Shown here: positions 13,404 to 26,500 of the stretch, piece by piece
Numbering within the stretch: position 1 is the stretch's first letter
How the letters are laid out: every line of letters starts with the position of its first letter
Origin: Fimbriosthenelais zetlandica
Lineage: Eukaryota
Reading direction: 5' to 3'
Length of the DNA stretch: 64,000 nt
Assembly (NCBI GenBank): GCA_977030845.1
Contig: OZ365110.1
Span: forward strand, 32,302,001 to 32,366,000
The notes under the pieces: model-generated
What the model was told of the DNA's origin: nothing
Databases searched by the model: none
Seen by the model: the letters and a program-made list of their open reading frames with translations, nothing else
Translations under genes and position numbers: made by a program

Positions 13404-15840
13404 CAGTGTAGATTTAAGAACCACCTGTCGGTGGAATGATAGATTTTCCATCCATAAACTGCGGTGGTTAAAATTCAGGAGGGCACATATACTGTGCGGC
13501 TAATAATGGGTACAAACAATTTGAGGCAGTTTACCACTGTTTATCTCTATAACTACAGACATCATATATTGAGACTGAGATATGTGGCATCCAAATAAGA
13601 CATGCACCCCGCCACACTTACATGGAGATTACTAAGGAAATACATACATCACCCGGGGCATGTTTCAAAACAAATTTATGACTTTTGGCTATTGTTTACA
13701 TGCATCATGGGACAATACATGCATGGTAGGGCGAATTTAGCATATTTTCTTATGAAACATACACAATTTACTACGAAGGAAATAGAAACATCACATATTG
13801 TCAGTTTCATAACAAATTTAGGAATTCGGCTATTGGATGCTTAATTGGTAAGTATCACTTGGTATACGTTATAGCCTAATTATTGTTGTTGTGAACAATT
13901 TAGGTTACCAAGGAAAGGTCTCATAATAAAATTTATGAAACTTGGCTAAGAGATATGCTTGCATTGCCTCTCCTATATATATGCTACAATAGTGCCTGAG
14001 GTAACATGCAGTCTATTTTTCTTTTGTAGCATTCCCCTGATCCGAGGTATAGCCTATTTTTCCCCTATGAACAATAGCCATTTTTCACCCATCCCTGATA
14101 GTGATACAAAATCCCTTTGTAGTATATCCCTACTGTCCATTACCAGGAGTCTGGCAGTTAGTAATCTCCAAGGATAGGGAACTCTTTATTGAGAAGCAGT
14201 TGAAAGATGTTCATATCTTTAAGTATAGTTGAGAAGGGGTACTTTAAACCTGGTCCACCGTGGAGTGATGGGTGTATGGTTTACGCCTGGAACACACTAA
14301 TCCGATTCTCCAATCCGTTGCCATCCGAACCCCCATCTATAATGGGATCCAATGATGGAAATGTTGCCATAGCCTTTACTATAGGTGTAAAGGTCTGTTC
14401 AAATTACAATTGAATAGAAATATAGGTTCGGACAGCCTGTTTCAGAAATTTCCCATATACATAGCATTGCTAATGGTTGTTCTGAAACAGGCCCCAGATG
14501 GAACCGGATAGAGAATCAGATTAGTGTGTGGGCACCTTTTAGACTCGTTAATCATGAAAAACAAGTTTCTTTTGAAACAACCTATAGGTGTAGTTCATCT
14601 GAAGGGCTTGGATCTCTCACAGCTGGTTTCACGCCTACTTCCCCACACTTACATTCCTCTAAAGGCCAACACCCACTGACACCTTAAGCCCATAAACAAG
14701 TTACTTTAAAATAAATATTTTTGAGGAATTGTATTCCCGATAATAAATTGTATGGGGTTGCTTAATTGTCACGCAAGTCGAAATGTTGTAAGTCCATGGA
14801 TAAACGACTTGTACATAATATGCCTATTCGACATGACAAAATATGCATGCTCATTTGAACCCTATATAGTTCGTAATTCCTACTGAGAATCCCCAAACCA
14901 TGAATTTTCAAAAAAAAGAATTGATCGCTAATTTTAAAATGGGCTTACCGAAAATAAGGCAATTGCCTAAACATATAAACCGTGAATTGTAGTAGAAGTA
15001 TATGTTGCGACTTACCCCTGCAGGTATTTTAACCTCACATTGGTCTTCCCTGCACCTCAGTCCTTCACCCTACACGTGGGGGCCGTGACCTTTTTCCATA
15101 CAATACATGCGGAGAAGGTGTCTTCAGTCCTGTCAGAAATCCAAACACACGAGCCTTATTAACTGCTGGGTAAAACCACTGCCAACTTACATAAGGGCAC
15201 ACTTGAATATTGACGAGAAATCACTTGGTAGATATTATAATATGCTATATTATAAGAAATCAAGGAAATTCACTTGATGTCCTTCTATGGTGCCCATGGA
15301 ACAACAAAGATTGGGTTGCTTAAAGATCGGTGGTCGTATGCATATTACGCTCTGAGAGAAGCACAAGGTGCTCTTGGTGGTAGGATTCCTATCCACAGTT
15401 ATTCGGTCTATTGGGTTTGCTTCCCCCTCTCTTCACCCCGAGGGTTATAGACACGATTGTGGCCCTCCTCAATCACCCCCACACCATCCCTCACCCTGTG
15501 ATGTTTGCGGAACCCTTTAAGGGTTGTTTCCCTTTCACAGCCAGCTTAAATTCGAAGGATTAAAACTTTCTTCTTCCTTCGTCACATACTGACCCGTGAA
15601 AAGCAACACCCAGGGGCCAGTTTGATAATGAAATTCAAGAAGGGATTGCGGGAAACCGTGGGTTCTCAATATTGAAAGCGTTGAGGGTTTAATTCAGATT
15701 TTGATGAGAAAAAGGAATGAACATTTTGACACCAGTGACTTCTGATTAGCTATTTAAAAAAAATTAAAATAGACCCACAGAAAAATTGAAAGTGAAGTGA
15801 GAATCAATTTATAATATAATATAATATTATAATATAATTT

Positions 15841-17782
15841 ATAATCACACCACTCCCCAAGATTAATGCTCCCACCTCCCCCTCAGATCTACGCCCTATA
15901 TCCCTCCTTCCCACCCCCGGAAAAATTCTTGAACGCTTTATCCACAAACAAACCTATGCCCACCTTGAGTCCATTAACTTCCTTCACCCTAAACAACATG
16001 GATTCAGGAGGAACAGATCCACCCATCAAGCCCTCTGTGATTTCCTTGATGACCTCGCAAAATCCTTAGACAATACCCTTCTCCCCACTGCCATTTTTAT
16101 CGATTTCAAAAAAGCATTTGACACCCTTGACCATGATATCCTCCTAACAAAACTATCAAACTTAGGCCTAGATCCTACATCTCAAAAATGGTTCACCAGT
16201 TACCTCCAGAATAGGTCAGTCCAAGTCAAGTGTTCCAATAACATCTCTTCCCCGCTCCCCCTCAAAACAGGTGTCCCACAAGGATCAATCCTCGGCCCGC
16301 TCCTCTTCCTCATTTATATAAATGACCTCCCTAATTATATGCCAGAAATCCCCATACAACTTTATGCAGACGACACGGTAATTTATTTAGCAGACAACAA
16401 TCATATCTGCACACAGACCAGGCTTCAAAAAGCCCTAGATAACCTCTCTGTCTACTGTGACATTAATAAATTAACAATAAATACTGATAAAACCAAATAC
16501 ATGTCACTCTCCCGGCCCAGATCCAAACCTGCCCCCCCAATCTCCCTAGTACTGAAAGGTCAGGAACTTGAGTCTGTCCTCTCCTACAAGTACCTAGGCA
16601 CGAGCATAGACTCTAAGCTTACATGCTCATCCCAAATAGAAACGACTATAAAATCTGTCAATATAAAACTGTCAGCTCTAGCCCGTATCCGCCCCCTCAT
16701 TAACCAGCGCACAGCAGTCACAATCTATAAATCCACCATACTTCCTATCCTTGACTATAATTGTGCCTTCTTCCCCTTTGCCACCAACTCCAACCTCCTC
16801 AAACTTGATAGACTCCAAAATAGAGCCATTAGAATTGCTACTCTCACCAACAAATACCAAAGTGTCTCAGAAGTCCTGAACAGCCTGAACATTCACCCCC
16901 TCGCCACTCGACGGAGATACCTAACTCTGAACATTATGCACAAGAGAATTAGTGAAACCCCCGTCACAAATCAGCCCACCCGAACCACTCGCATGTCATC
17001 AAATTTCAACTTCCCACTCCCCTATCCTAAATCTGAAATTCTCAAAAGAGCCCCATGCTACTTCGCAGCATCTTGCTGGAACTCCCTCCCCGAGCATCTT
17101 AAAGCAATAAAAGACCCAACCACCTTCAAGCGGACCCTCAAATCGCACCTAGGCCTAACAATGCGCCCCAATCCCACTACTGACTCAGAGCAAGCCCAAG
17201 AGTCCACGTGTCCTCTCCCAGAATGCCTACCAAATCACACCCCCGCCCCCAATGTCATACCTTCATAAGAAAGCTCAGCGGGCCTGTGTGCACGCAAACA
17301 CACACACACACACACACCCACACACACCCGGGACGTCGATAACTTTCGATATCTCACCTACACACACTTCACACATACTGCATACCAATATACACTCACA
17401 CAACATACATCCACTCATCTTTATACTGCTTCATGTCATTATGTTTTATTTTTTGTTGTTTTACGTTTTATATAATCATAACAACCATGTTCTACAACCT
17501 GCACTTTTCCTTCTATCTGTCTTGTTACCTTGTGTTGTACACTCTTTATGTCTATACTTGTTACTGTTATTTGTCTCCATGTCTCCATGTTAAATGTGTC
17601 TCCTGCCCAAACTGACTTTCTCCCGCACTACTCTCTTTATCTTTAGCCATGCACTAGAAACAGCCTTAGGCAGAATATCATGAACGGTAGGAATCTGTAA
17701 CTGCCCCGTGAGCCTAAAACTCGTTTTTGTTTTGTGCTGTATAAACATCTTTAATAAAAAAAAATAAAAAAAAAAAAAAAAA
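15841..17782 (+). mobile_element. 5'-truncated non-LTR retrotransposon (CR1/L2 group) with uninterrupted RT frame and poly(A) tail
   Basis: Frame open 15841-17268 (475 codons plus stop; the ORF track starts only at the ATG at 16339). Motifs: RPISLLP..GKILE, QHGFR, FIDFKKAFD, GVPQGSILGPLLFLIYINDL, LYADD, YKYLG, RLQNRAIR. 3' UTR with (CA)n; A-tail ~17752-17782. Confidence 0.92.
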
Positions 17783-20700
17783 ATTTGGATGAAAGGACAC
17801 TTTCTGACGTCATAAAGACAGAATACTCTCCCTCTGATTGGTCGGATCTCCATGAACCAACTTCCGGTTCGATGTAGCTGTTTTGGACCGTTTTAGCACC
17901 TTGACTCGTGAGAAATATTGCATGCCCAACATATTTTATGATGTTTTCTCCCAATTTCTCTAGAAAAAGTGATTTTTAATTTAAAAAAAAACATTCGTGA
18001 TCACCTCAATTATGACGTATAGGCCTACTGAATATTAGACTCCAGTAGTTCCATTAGGCCCATTCCTTGACAAACTGACATGGTAAATATTAAGCTGTAG
18101 CAATTTGTGAAATAACAGCCGACACTCAAACGCTTAAATTGACAAGACAAATATATTATTTCCAACACTGTATATTTCTTATTACCAGATTGCTAGGCGG
18201 GGAATGAACAGAATGTTGTTCCTCGACTCAGTCTGGACGAAAGCCTGCAAGTGTCTGGTTTGACTCTTGCCAGGTCCCCTATCTAATACTTTAAATACCA
18301 AAATGCCAAGGATTTCTTGAACCAATGTTTCAGACTGTCAGAGAGTAGAACCATTTCTACTCGAGTGCTGAAGTCAACGGATTGTAGATTTCACTTGCAA
18401 GGATTCCCTCAAGTGAAGTGAACTTTTTCAGAGATAAAACTTTTTAACAAAAAGATAAATCCAAGGGTTGGTTTCCTAACGAAGATGCCCTACGTGTATT
18501 ATGGTGTCTAGACACTTTGGCTTATAAATATGTATGGGTTATACCCAATGGGTTTTTGTGCCCAACAACATGCGAAGTTCTTTCACGTCGAATGTTCAAA
18601 TTCCCTCTTTATGGATTGGGACCGATTTCCAATATATTACATACCATTGACTAATATGGCAAAATTTTATGAATTTATGGAGCATGATCATTGTCATAAT
18701 TAAAATAACTTATCCAATATTTCCCCTAATATTTCCAGTTTACATTTTAAACATATTTTTGTGTTGTTTTTTTAAAACAGATTCCTTTCTTGATCACTGA
18801 AGTGGTGTTGAATATCTTTAATTGCAAAGATAATTTCTGGGATACTCTTACATACAAAATATCTCTTACTCATTAATCAATAGATTTTCCTCGTACCATC
18901 TCCAATGTTTGAAGGTCGGACAAAAGAAAACGACTGGCGATAGTCATCGCTCGACACATAGCCAATCTGCCTCTGACGGAAATTACCAAATTAGCCGCGT
19001 GACATTGGATCCCTGACTGTCAATGTACTGACAGTAGAAACCCGATATATCTGCAAAGGTATATAGTTTGGATATGTTAAAAGATAGCCCCTTGTGATGT
19101 CAGTATGTTTTCTGGTGACAAAACATATGTCCCAATCTGATAAACGTTTCTAATTTTTTTTTCTTCAAAAAATGAAGATGTTTTATTACAAGGTGGATGC
19201 TCTACGGGTATCAAGTATCATATTTACTTTCAGAAGACTGACTTTGAAAATTAGTCTGCCATCTGTTTGTTTGCTTTGGTTTCTTACCTTGGCTCAAACT
19301 GGTAGATCACTGTTATATCTCATCTTCGTCAGGATCGCCATATATTATGTGTCAGTGACTAAGATAAGGGCCTAAATAACCCAAAAGTATCCTCATATAG
19401 GGGACTATTAAAAGAAGATGTGCCTAAATCATCACACGTCTAAAGAAGGGAGCTCAGGTATATCTGAGATCCTAAGGGTTGCTATTGTACAAAGCACCGA
19501 ATAGTGAGGTCCATAATTTTGAGATATCCTTGATCAGTGTGATATAGCCTACTAGACCACACCAGGGGCCTGGTTCAAAGAAGAATTGCGAAACTAGGAA
19601 CTGAGCCCCAAATATAGGTAAACGGTATTAAAACTTCAAATGTCAGGTGCAGCTACATTTGTATTAATTTCCTTTTCCGAAACAATATTATGACATTCAT
19701 TATCCAATATATTCGATATTGGCTAACATTTAATTTAATTATGAGACAACGTGAACCCCAACGACTGGCTCCAACAGTGGCACAAACATGCAATGGCTAT
19801 TCCTTTTACATGATCAGTTCTCAGACGGATAAACAGACAATCAAACCGGATTATTTACAGGGGAAAAGGATGGGTATGGGTCGAGAGGGACAAGGTGAAA
19901 TTAAGTTGGTGACCGTGCATTGGACTTATCATTGGCCTGTGGTGATGTTGGGGTGAGCAGAGCGTGAGATAGGACTATACACACATCTGTGTGGTATAGG
20001 GGATGGCTTCACCTGTGATTGGCCTGTGTTGAACACACACCTGGATTAAAGTGCAGCAGGGCCCCTGGAGACAGGTATAATCAAGTGGTGCGTTCACCTG
20101 TAACAAGGTGACAACATCCCACACACCTTGTACTTTATGAATGCATGGTTTTTTACCTTCCAGCTAAAATCAGCCTACGACCACAACGAAATTTGGGTTT
20201 TAAAAACAAGATATTTGAGAGACCATAAAGAAGTTCATTATGATGCTATATGAAGAGGAAAATAGGAATCGGTCCATTAATTTAGAGTGTGAGAATACGT
20301 TGGACATAATGCAACTGTACATGTTCCACAGTATCTCTCCTGCAACAGTCTTGCGCAATTGTTCTTACATGCACTTTAGAGACAATAATATCAACTAAAA
20401 ATTTTACATTCAGCCCTGTGACTCCACAATTGCCTAGCTGTATAAAATACCTAATAACCAAATAAGAAAACCCCCTGAGATTCGCAGAAATGTTTCTTTA
20501 GAATTGTAGTTTAAAAATCCCAAAATCTACCCCAAAATCGGAGGCAAATGAGGGTCTAGAGCAAGTTTACATTCGACGCCGTGTAAAAAAAAATTCTTTT
20601 AAAAACCACAATTTTCAAGGTATAGTCATAACTATAGGCTGCTGATAAATATGGATCACTTTCACTAAAGAAAATGTCAAATACATGTATTCCATTTCTA

Positions 20701-21119
20701 GCATTGATAGATATGATAATTATAGACACGGTTCATATAGACTAGTAATCTAGTTGTTCTCATCCATCTTTCTTGCAATTAGAATTGTCTCTGGGATGCA
20801 AGGGGCATATGTAACAAGGTGAACAAGTTAGGAAGAAAAAGATTTTTTTTGTTTCAGCGAGAAGAAAGATGATACTCTGTTGAGAAATGCAGGAGTCGGC
20901 TCGGGGATAAAAGCGTAACCAACAAGTAAATGGATGTGTAGAATTTCCTAATTGTTTTTACCAATAAACACATTCCTATAGTTTTCTGTGGGATGTGATT
21001 CACAATTTGTGTTTCACAATTTGAAGGTGAACTCGGATCTCAATGTTGCCATAGCAAAATTAATTTGGAACTTTCACGAAAGAGAGAATACAGTAACCCT
21101 TAACTAAATCTGATAACAG

Positions 21120-21320
21120 GGGTTTGTTTCAAAAAGAAAAATTAACAGTCCATGGCTGAATCCAAGATTTTTTAAAACTCGCGTTTCCCCTTTTTTGGTG
21201 GAGGAGGAATAGCATCCCCACCGACAGTTGCAAGCCCATAGACATGTATACACAATTTATTAGTCTATACTTAATGTATAACACTTGTTATTGGACCAAT
21301 TTAACCATGAAACAGACCCC
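21120..21320. mobile_element. MITE of the same terminal-word family
   Basis: cag|gggtttgtttca ... atgaaacagacccc|caa. Confidence 0.5.
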
Positions 21321-22289
21321 CAAACAATACCTTGTTCCATTTTGGAGTGACCACCAAAGCAAGGTATAGAAGATAACCTTTACCTGGCCCTCAGTGAAGA
21401 TAAGATTCAGTGTTGACATGCTGGTATAATCAATGGTATTCCTTATATAGAGATAACATCACTGTTTCAAGTTGATCTTTTTGAGTTGATCAAGACTACA
21501 TATCAGTATACATGTATACATTCCTTTCATCTCCATCCCCTACTAGGTATCTCACAGGAATTCCATGAAACAAGATACTGGTATATTTTTAGAAAGAAAG
21601 ATTTTTGCTTGAAGAACATCAATAAAGATATAATATAGAGGTACATTTAGCAGGGAAGACAGTTTGGGTATAGATTGTTTCTTACTTTTGATATTGCTGA
21701 AAAAACATATACCCAGCAAAAGATTTTTTCATCAAATCATTTTTAACGCTTAAATGATCGGGACAGTAACTCCTCTACTCGGGGGTATCAACCCGAGTAC
21801 CGTCGATGTGCGGTGTCTACAATTCCATTTCCATTTTCTTTTCCTTTCTTTTTCCCTTATTTTTCTCCCTCATAGGTCTGAACCACATCAGTGACACGCC
21901 GCACAATTAAATCAAGACCTGAGAAGGGATTGATCTCTGCTCCAAACAACACCTTGTACATATAACCCCATCCCTGCCGAGGACAAAAACAGTCCGCCGG
22001 CGCGAAACCTTTATATCATTTGACTAAAAGCAACACCCCAAGAGCGCGACTCCTCGAGTGGAAAAATCTGGACGCTCTGGATTTGTCTGTTTACCGAGAA
22101 AACAACAGCCAAGTGGAAACTCAGCCTCCGGTCAGGTGTAAAACATACTGTCAATCCCTAGGGGGTTGTTTCTTAAAAAATAGACATAACTTACATATAA
22201 ATAGTGCCTTTACTTAATAGCGTTACATGTGCTTTTTATGAATCGGACCCCGGCTGAAGAGAAGGATGATGGAAAGTGTGGGGACAGGT

Positions 22290-22640
22290 CTGGTTTGAAG
22301 GGTGAACAACAAGATGTGGTCTGTAATGAGAGGATCGTGTAGTCAGATAACAATATATGTTACCAATAGGAGATCAGAGGATGTAGGGGGAACACCGCGG
22401 GTGATGGGAAAGATTCGGAGATGGGGCAAAAACACCTGGGTAGGTCATAATGGGCAAACAGCCGCGTCCTATTCAGGTGGTGGTTTCCATGGCTCGATTG
22501 AATCCACTTAATGGAATCAAATAGAATCAGGGTGTACCAACAAAAAGCTAGGATCCTCCTCTCTCGGTTACTGTTTGTTTGATGCTAAAATACATATACG
22601 CCAAGATCTACCGCAAGGTATTGCCCGGTGGGTTTATGTT
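22290..22640 (-). pseudogene. Possible highly decayed LINE RT remnant
   Basis: Broken minus-strand frames give PITRGVP...LLLVTYI and IKWIQS, faintly resembling RT GVPQG...LLFLIYI; many stops. Confidence 0.25.
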
Positions 22641-25600
22641 TGAAGGCGATCCAAGACTTGGGTGGTACACAACGGGGGCGATGTTTAGGATGATTTAAAC
22701 AGAGGGACGAGTTGAGAACTGGGAAAGACACAGGGGGGCTTTTATTTACTTGTCTTTCTTCTGTAGCATGTGATATTTCATCCGTATTTTCCGTTCAGTC
22801 TTTTTTTATTATTAAGTTATTTATTTATTTGTCATACAGGAAAATAATGATTTGTTTAAAGAAGGAGAGGATTGACCTGTTTGACTTACAATTCATTCAT
22901 CTTCCGTATGCAAGGGAGCGGATTTGCCAAATTATTTACTTTTCTGTCAAATTACTTTCAAATTATTTTCCACTGATATAAATTTAAACTCGACGACCAA
23001 TTCTGAGGAAATTACTAGGCAAAAGTAAAAAAAGGAAAAAAGGAAAAAATAGATATTTCAAGTAAGGTCTTTCAAAAATAAAACGTAGGAAAAAGTCTTC
23101 TTTTGATGATGAAATGTAACCATTAATGTTCAAAAGAGCTTCTTCCAGATAGGGGATTGAAAAACACAACACCCACCACCCCCGCCCACACACACACCTA
23201 ACTATAACCCCCATTTTTTTCTTTCTCCCCACCATTAAAAGAAGCATGCACCAGTATAATCACTGGGCCAAAACGGCACAAGTAGCCCCCATCCCACCAC
23301 CCCGACCCTTCCTCCCAGTGGCGATTCCGGTGAGGGGGAGGCTTTGAGGGCTATAGCACCCCACCTTCCACAACTGACTTCAGATTTGCAGACAGATTAA
23401 GCCTAAACAATTAATAATCTTGTATTCATTCTATATTGTATAGGCATTTACATACCATCCCATAAAAGCTGACTAAGATACCTCTATGAAATAATGCCTA
23501 TAATAATGCTTATACATATACATATTCGTTTTGTTCCTGAAGGGAGTTCTTGGGGGAAATTTTGATCCAACATACATCTATCCCCCCAACCATAATTTTG
23601 CCCACCCCCCTCCCCAATCACACCCCATGCTCCACCCCAGCAAGGCTCCCAAGGGCAGGAGAGAGAAGGAAGCAGGACGGGTGAGCAACTCTTATCGGAC
23701 GGAAGCAGTAAGGGCGGAAAGTGAGCATCAAAGGTTCGCATCCTCCATTTGGGCCGTGGGGGAGGGGCAGCCATGTGGCACTAATGGTTCACTGCCATCA
23801 GGCTCCCTCCGTGCATGCCTTCTCTACCAGACGGTTTGCCTTTCACTCACTGATGCTAAATCACTTAATATGAACATGTTTATAGGTACCGAGAACAATA
23901 TGATATGTGGCTTCATATTTTATTGTCTCGGAGTCTATAGAGATGCTATGTACACGTGTGTTTGTTTCGGAGAAATCTGCGCTTTACATTGGCTCATCTT
24001 GGCTTGTCAATTTGTTATTAAAAGTCCCCATCAAATGGTTGTACTGAAGAAAACAGTGTGCCAAATTTGGATTTAACTAAATACTACCTGTTGTACAGGA
24101 GTTAAAGGCTTATGCAATCAAATAATTAATTTACAGTAAAAAGTTGTGAAACAGGCCCCACGAAAGGCTGTGAAGAAGAACACAACGTGCAGGCTTTGAT
24201 TTTAACTATATAGTACTGCATGGGAGGGGAGGCTTGTATACAATGAAATAATTATGTATAGGTCCCATACATTGTATCTTATTTTTTCACCAAAATATAG
24301 CCCTTCAGGATTGAAACCTACGAATTTCATAATATAGGTTCCACAACCAATTCGGTAGAGCCAGCTACAATTACCATTCATCCCCAGAGGGATAGTTATA
24401 TGCCACGTCACAGTTGAAACGGAAAAACTTTTTTTTTTAATAGCATTTTTCTGATGTTATTTTTCCATAAATTATTATTACGTTGTTGTCAATGCTGCTA
24501 GGCCAGGCCAACATTACATAGGCTATATTCAGTTACATTTGTTTTATTCATTGCATGTATGTTTGTTTTTCTGTTGTTTGTTTTTTAATATTGCACTAAA
24601 TGTTTGATTTTAGTGTTTTGTATTTTCGAGGCCGCTGAATTATTGATTACACTTTATTAATCTGGAAGCTGCGGGAAGACCAGACTCTTTTGTCTGAAGC
24701 AGTTTAAAACAAAAATCTGCTTTATCTTAGGTCCTTGACATACTACATCAATTTTTCTTTGTGGCCGTCATGTAACCATAATCTGTAATTTCGTCAGTCA
24801 TAAATCATCATTACTTAAAGCACTCATAGGTTCGATCAACAACGGGACTATAGTCCAAATTAAAGTGGCAGTATAATAGTCATCATTGCAACGGCTACCA
24901 AATTAGAACCGACATTTAATAACTTGAAAGAAGTTAACTGTTGGTTCAGAAAACCACAGTATAAATGCAAATAAAAAAATTTCCGTTTGCTTTCCGTTTA
25001 AATAGCTTGCAAATATTTATTTTTCCCCAATGAATTTCAAGATAAATATTTCAAGTGTTTTGTTTTTAAACTTTTACATTATAGGCCTACTATAATAGTG
25101 TTTTCTATAGGACTAAAAGAGCATATGGCGCTTTAATAGGTAGGCCATAATGGAGGTTCTTTTCTTACAATAAATTACCAATAAATGACAAGCAAACCAT
25201 CCCTAAAACTCAGACCCTCAAACGCAAGATGTCCATAGGAAACGATCGGACATACCACCTGTTTTATCACCCATTAAGAAATAGGACCTCCAGCACAGCT
25301 TTAATTTGAAGTGATCTATTATAATATTAAACTCGCAGCGATTGATTGATGTTAATGAAAGGGACGCATGCACAAGTCTCCCATCAATAGTGGGATCTTA
25401 TACCTTGTGAATGACACAAAGAGACCTGATCGTTTTGATCGATTGAGCTTTTCCAGCTGACCAGGCGATGACCACTTGAGAAGAAGAGAATTAAGGTGGA
25501 AGGGGACGCCATGTAAGGTAGCAGCCCGGGGCCATGACAGGGCCAATTGATCCTTTTATTAGGGACTTGTCAGTGTTGGCACAAGGCGTGTCGGGTTGGG

Positions 25601-26013
25601 AAAGTGGAGATGTGTGGGCCTTTATAGCCTACCGGTAGGCCCTACCCGGACTTTCCCCATAGGTGTGGGAATGTGGGATGAAAAGGGGGTGCTCATGCAA
25701 GCATAGACCTATAATATATAGGCCTACTATTACTAAAATTAGGCCTAGGCCTATTTTCTTATTCTTTGACTGGCATAGTCATAGAATAAATAAGAATTAT
25801 TAAAAATATGCATAGGCAGGTAATAGGCTACCGTATAGGCCTAGGCCCTAAGAATATTTCTTGTTTGTCTATTTTTGTTTCACTAACACAAGCCAAATAG
25901 GCCTAACGTCACATCCTACACTCTTGCTCAAGTCAAAAACCAAATTTCGCAGTTGACCCATTGAGCAAAAATTAATATTAAAATATTTATCCTAATTAGG
26001 CTAACTTGATTTT

Positions 26014-26500
26014 CAGTTCAGCTTTTCGCCGCCTGCAGGGAGGGCGATAGCGTCGCTACATTCTCATCCAATTGAAGGCCTCCTGCGCAAAAATATAACA
26101 AGATAGATAGGAAAACTAACCGTATCTCCGGTTCAGATCGATCCCTGTAGCGCCCTCTCACACTTGTTCATCGACGGAAGATTCGGGAACTAAAGATTTT
26201 CAAGATGGCCGCCGTATTTAGGCTATACAGCACAAACCTCAGTTCAGCTTTTCGCCGCCTGCAGGGAGGGCGGTAGCGTCGCTACATTCTCATCCACTTG
26301 AAGGCCTCCTACGCAAAAATATAACAATAAATTAAGGCTATTCCAATCCTGACTTAGGCCTACTCCTATCTCTATAATACTACTGTGATAGGCTATCGGC
26401 AAAATATACTTGTTTTTCACGAGATAGGGCCTAGATCTATAGGAAAACTAACCGTAGCCTATCTCCGGTTCAGATCGATCCCTGTAGCGCCCTCTCTCAC
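26014..26500. promoter_or_regulatory. Tandemly duplicated ~226-bp CpG-rich promoter-like module (left of the transposon)
   Basis: cagttcagcttttcgccgcctgcagggagggcg(a/g)tagcgtcgctacatt at 26014 and 26240, and again at ~41498. The unit contains a YY1-like caagatggccgcc. Confidence 0.6.

Noticed and set aside
14000-14420. Higher-complexity segment with broken minus-strand frames
   Set aside because: Multiple stops; possibly an old TE remnant but not identifiable.
15260-15455. ~64-codon open frame (..LLKDRWSYAYYALREAQGALGGRIPIH..)
   Set aside because: Isolated, with no splice context or known motif.
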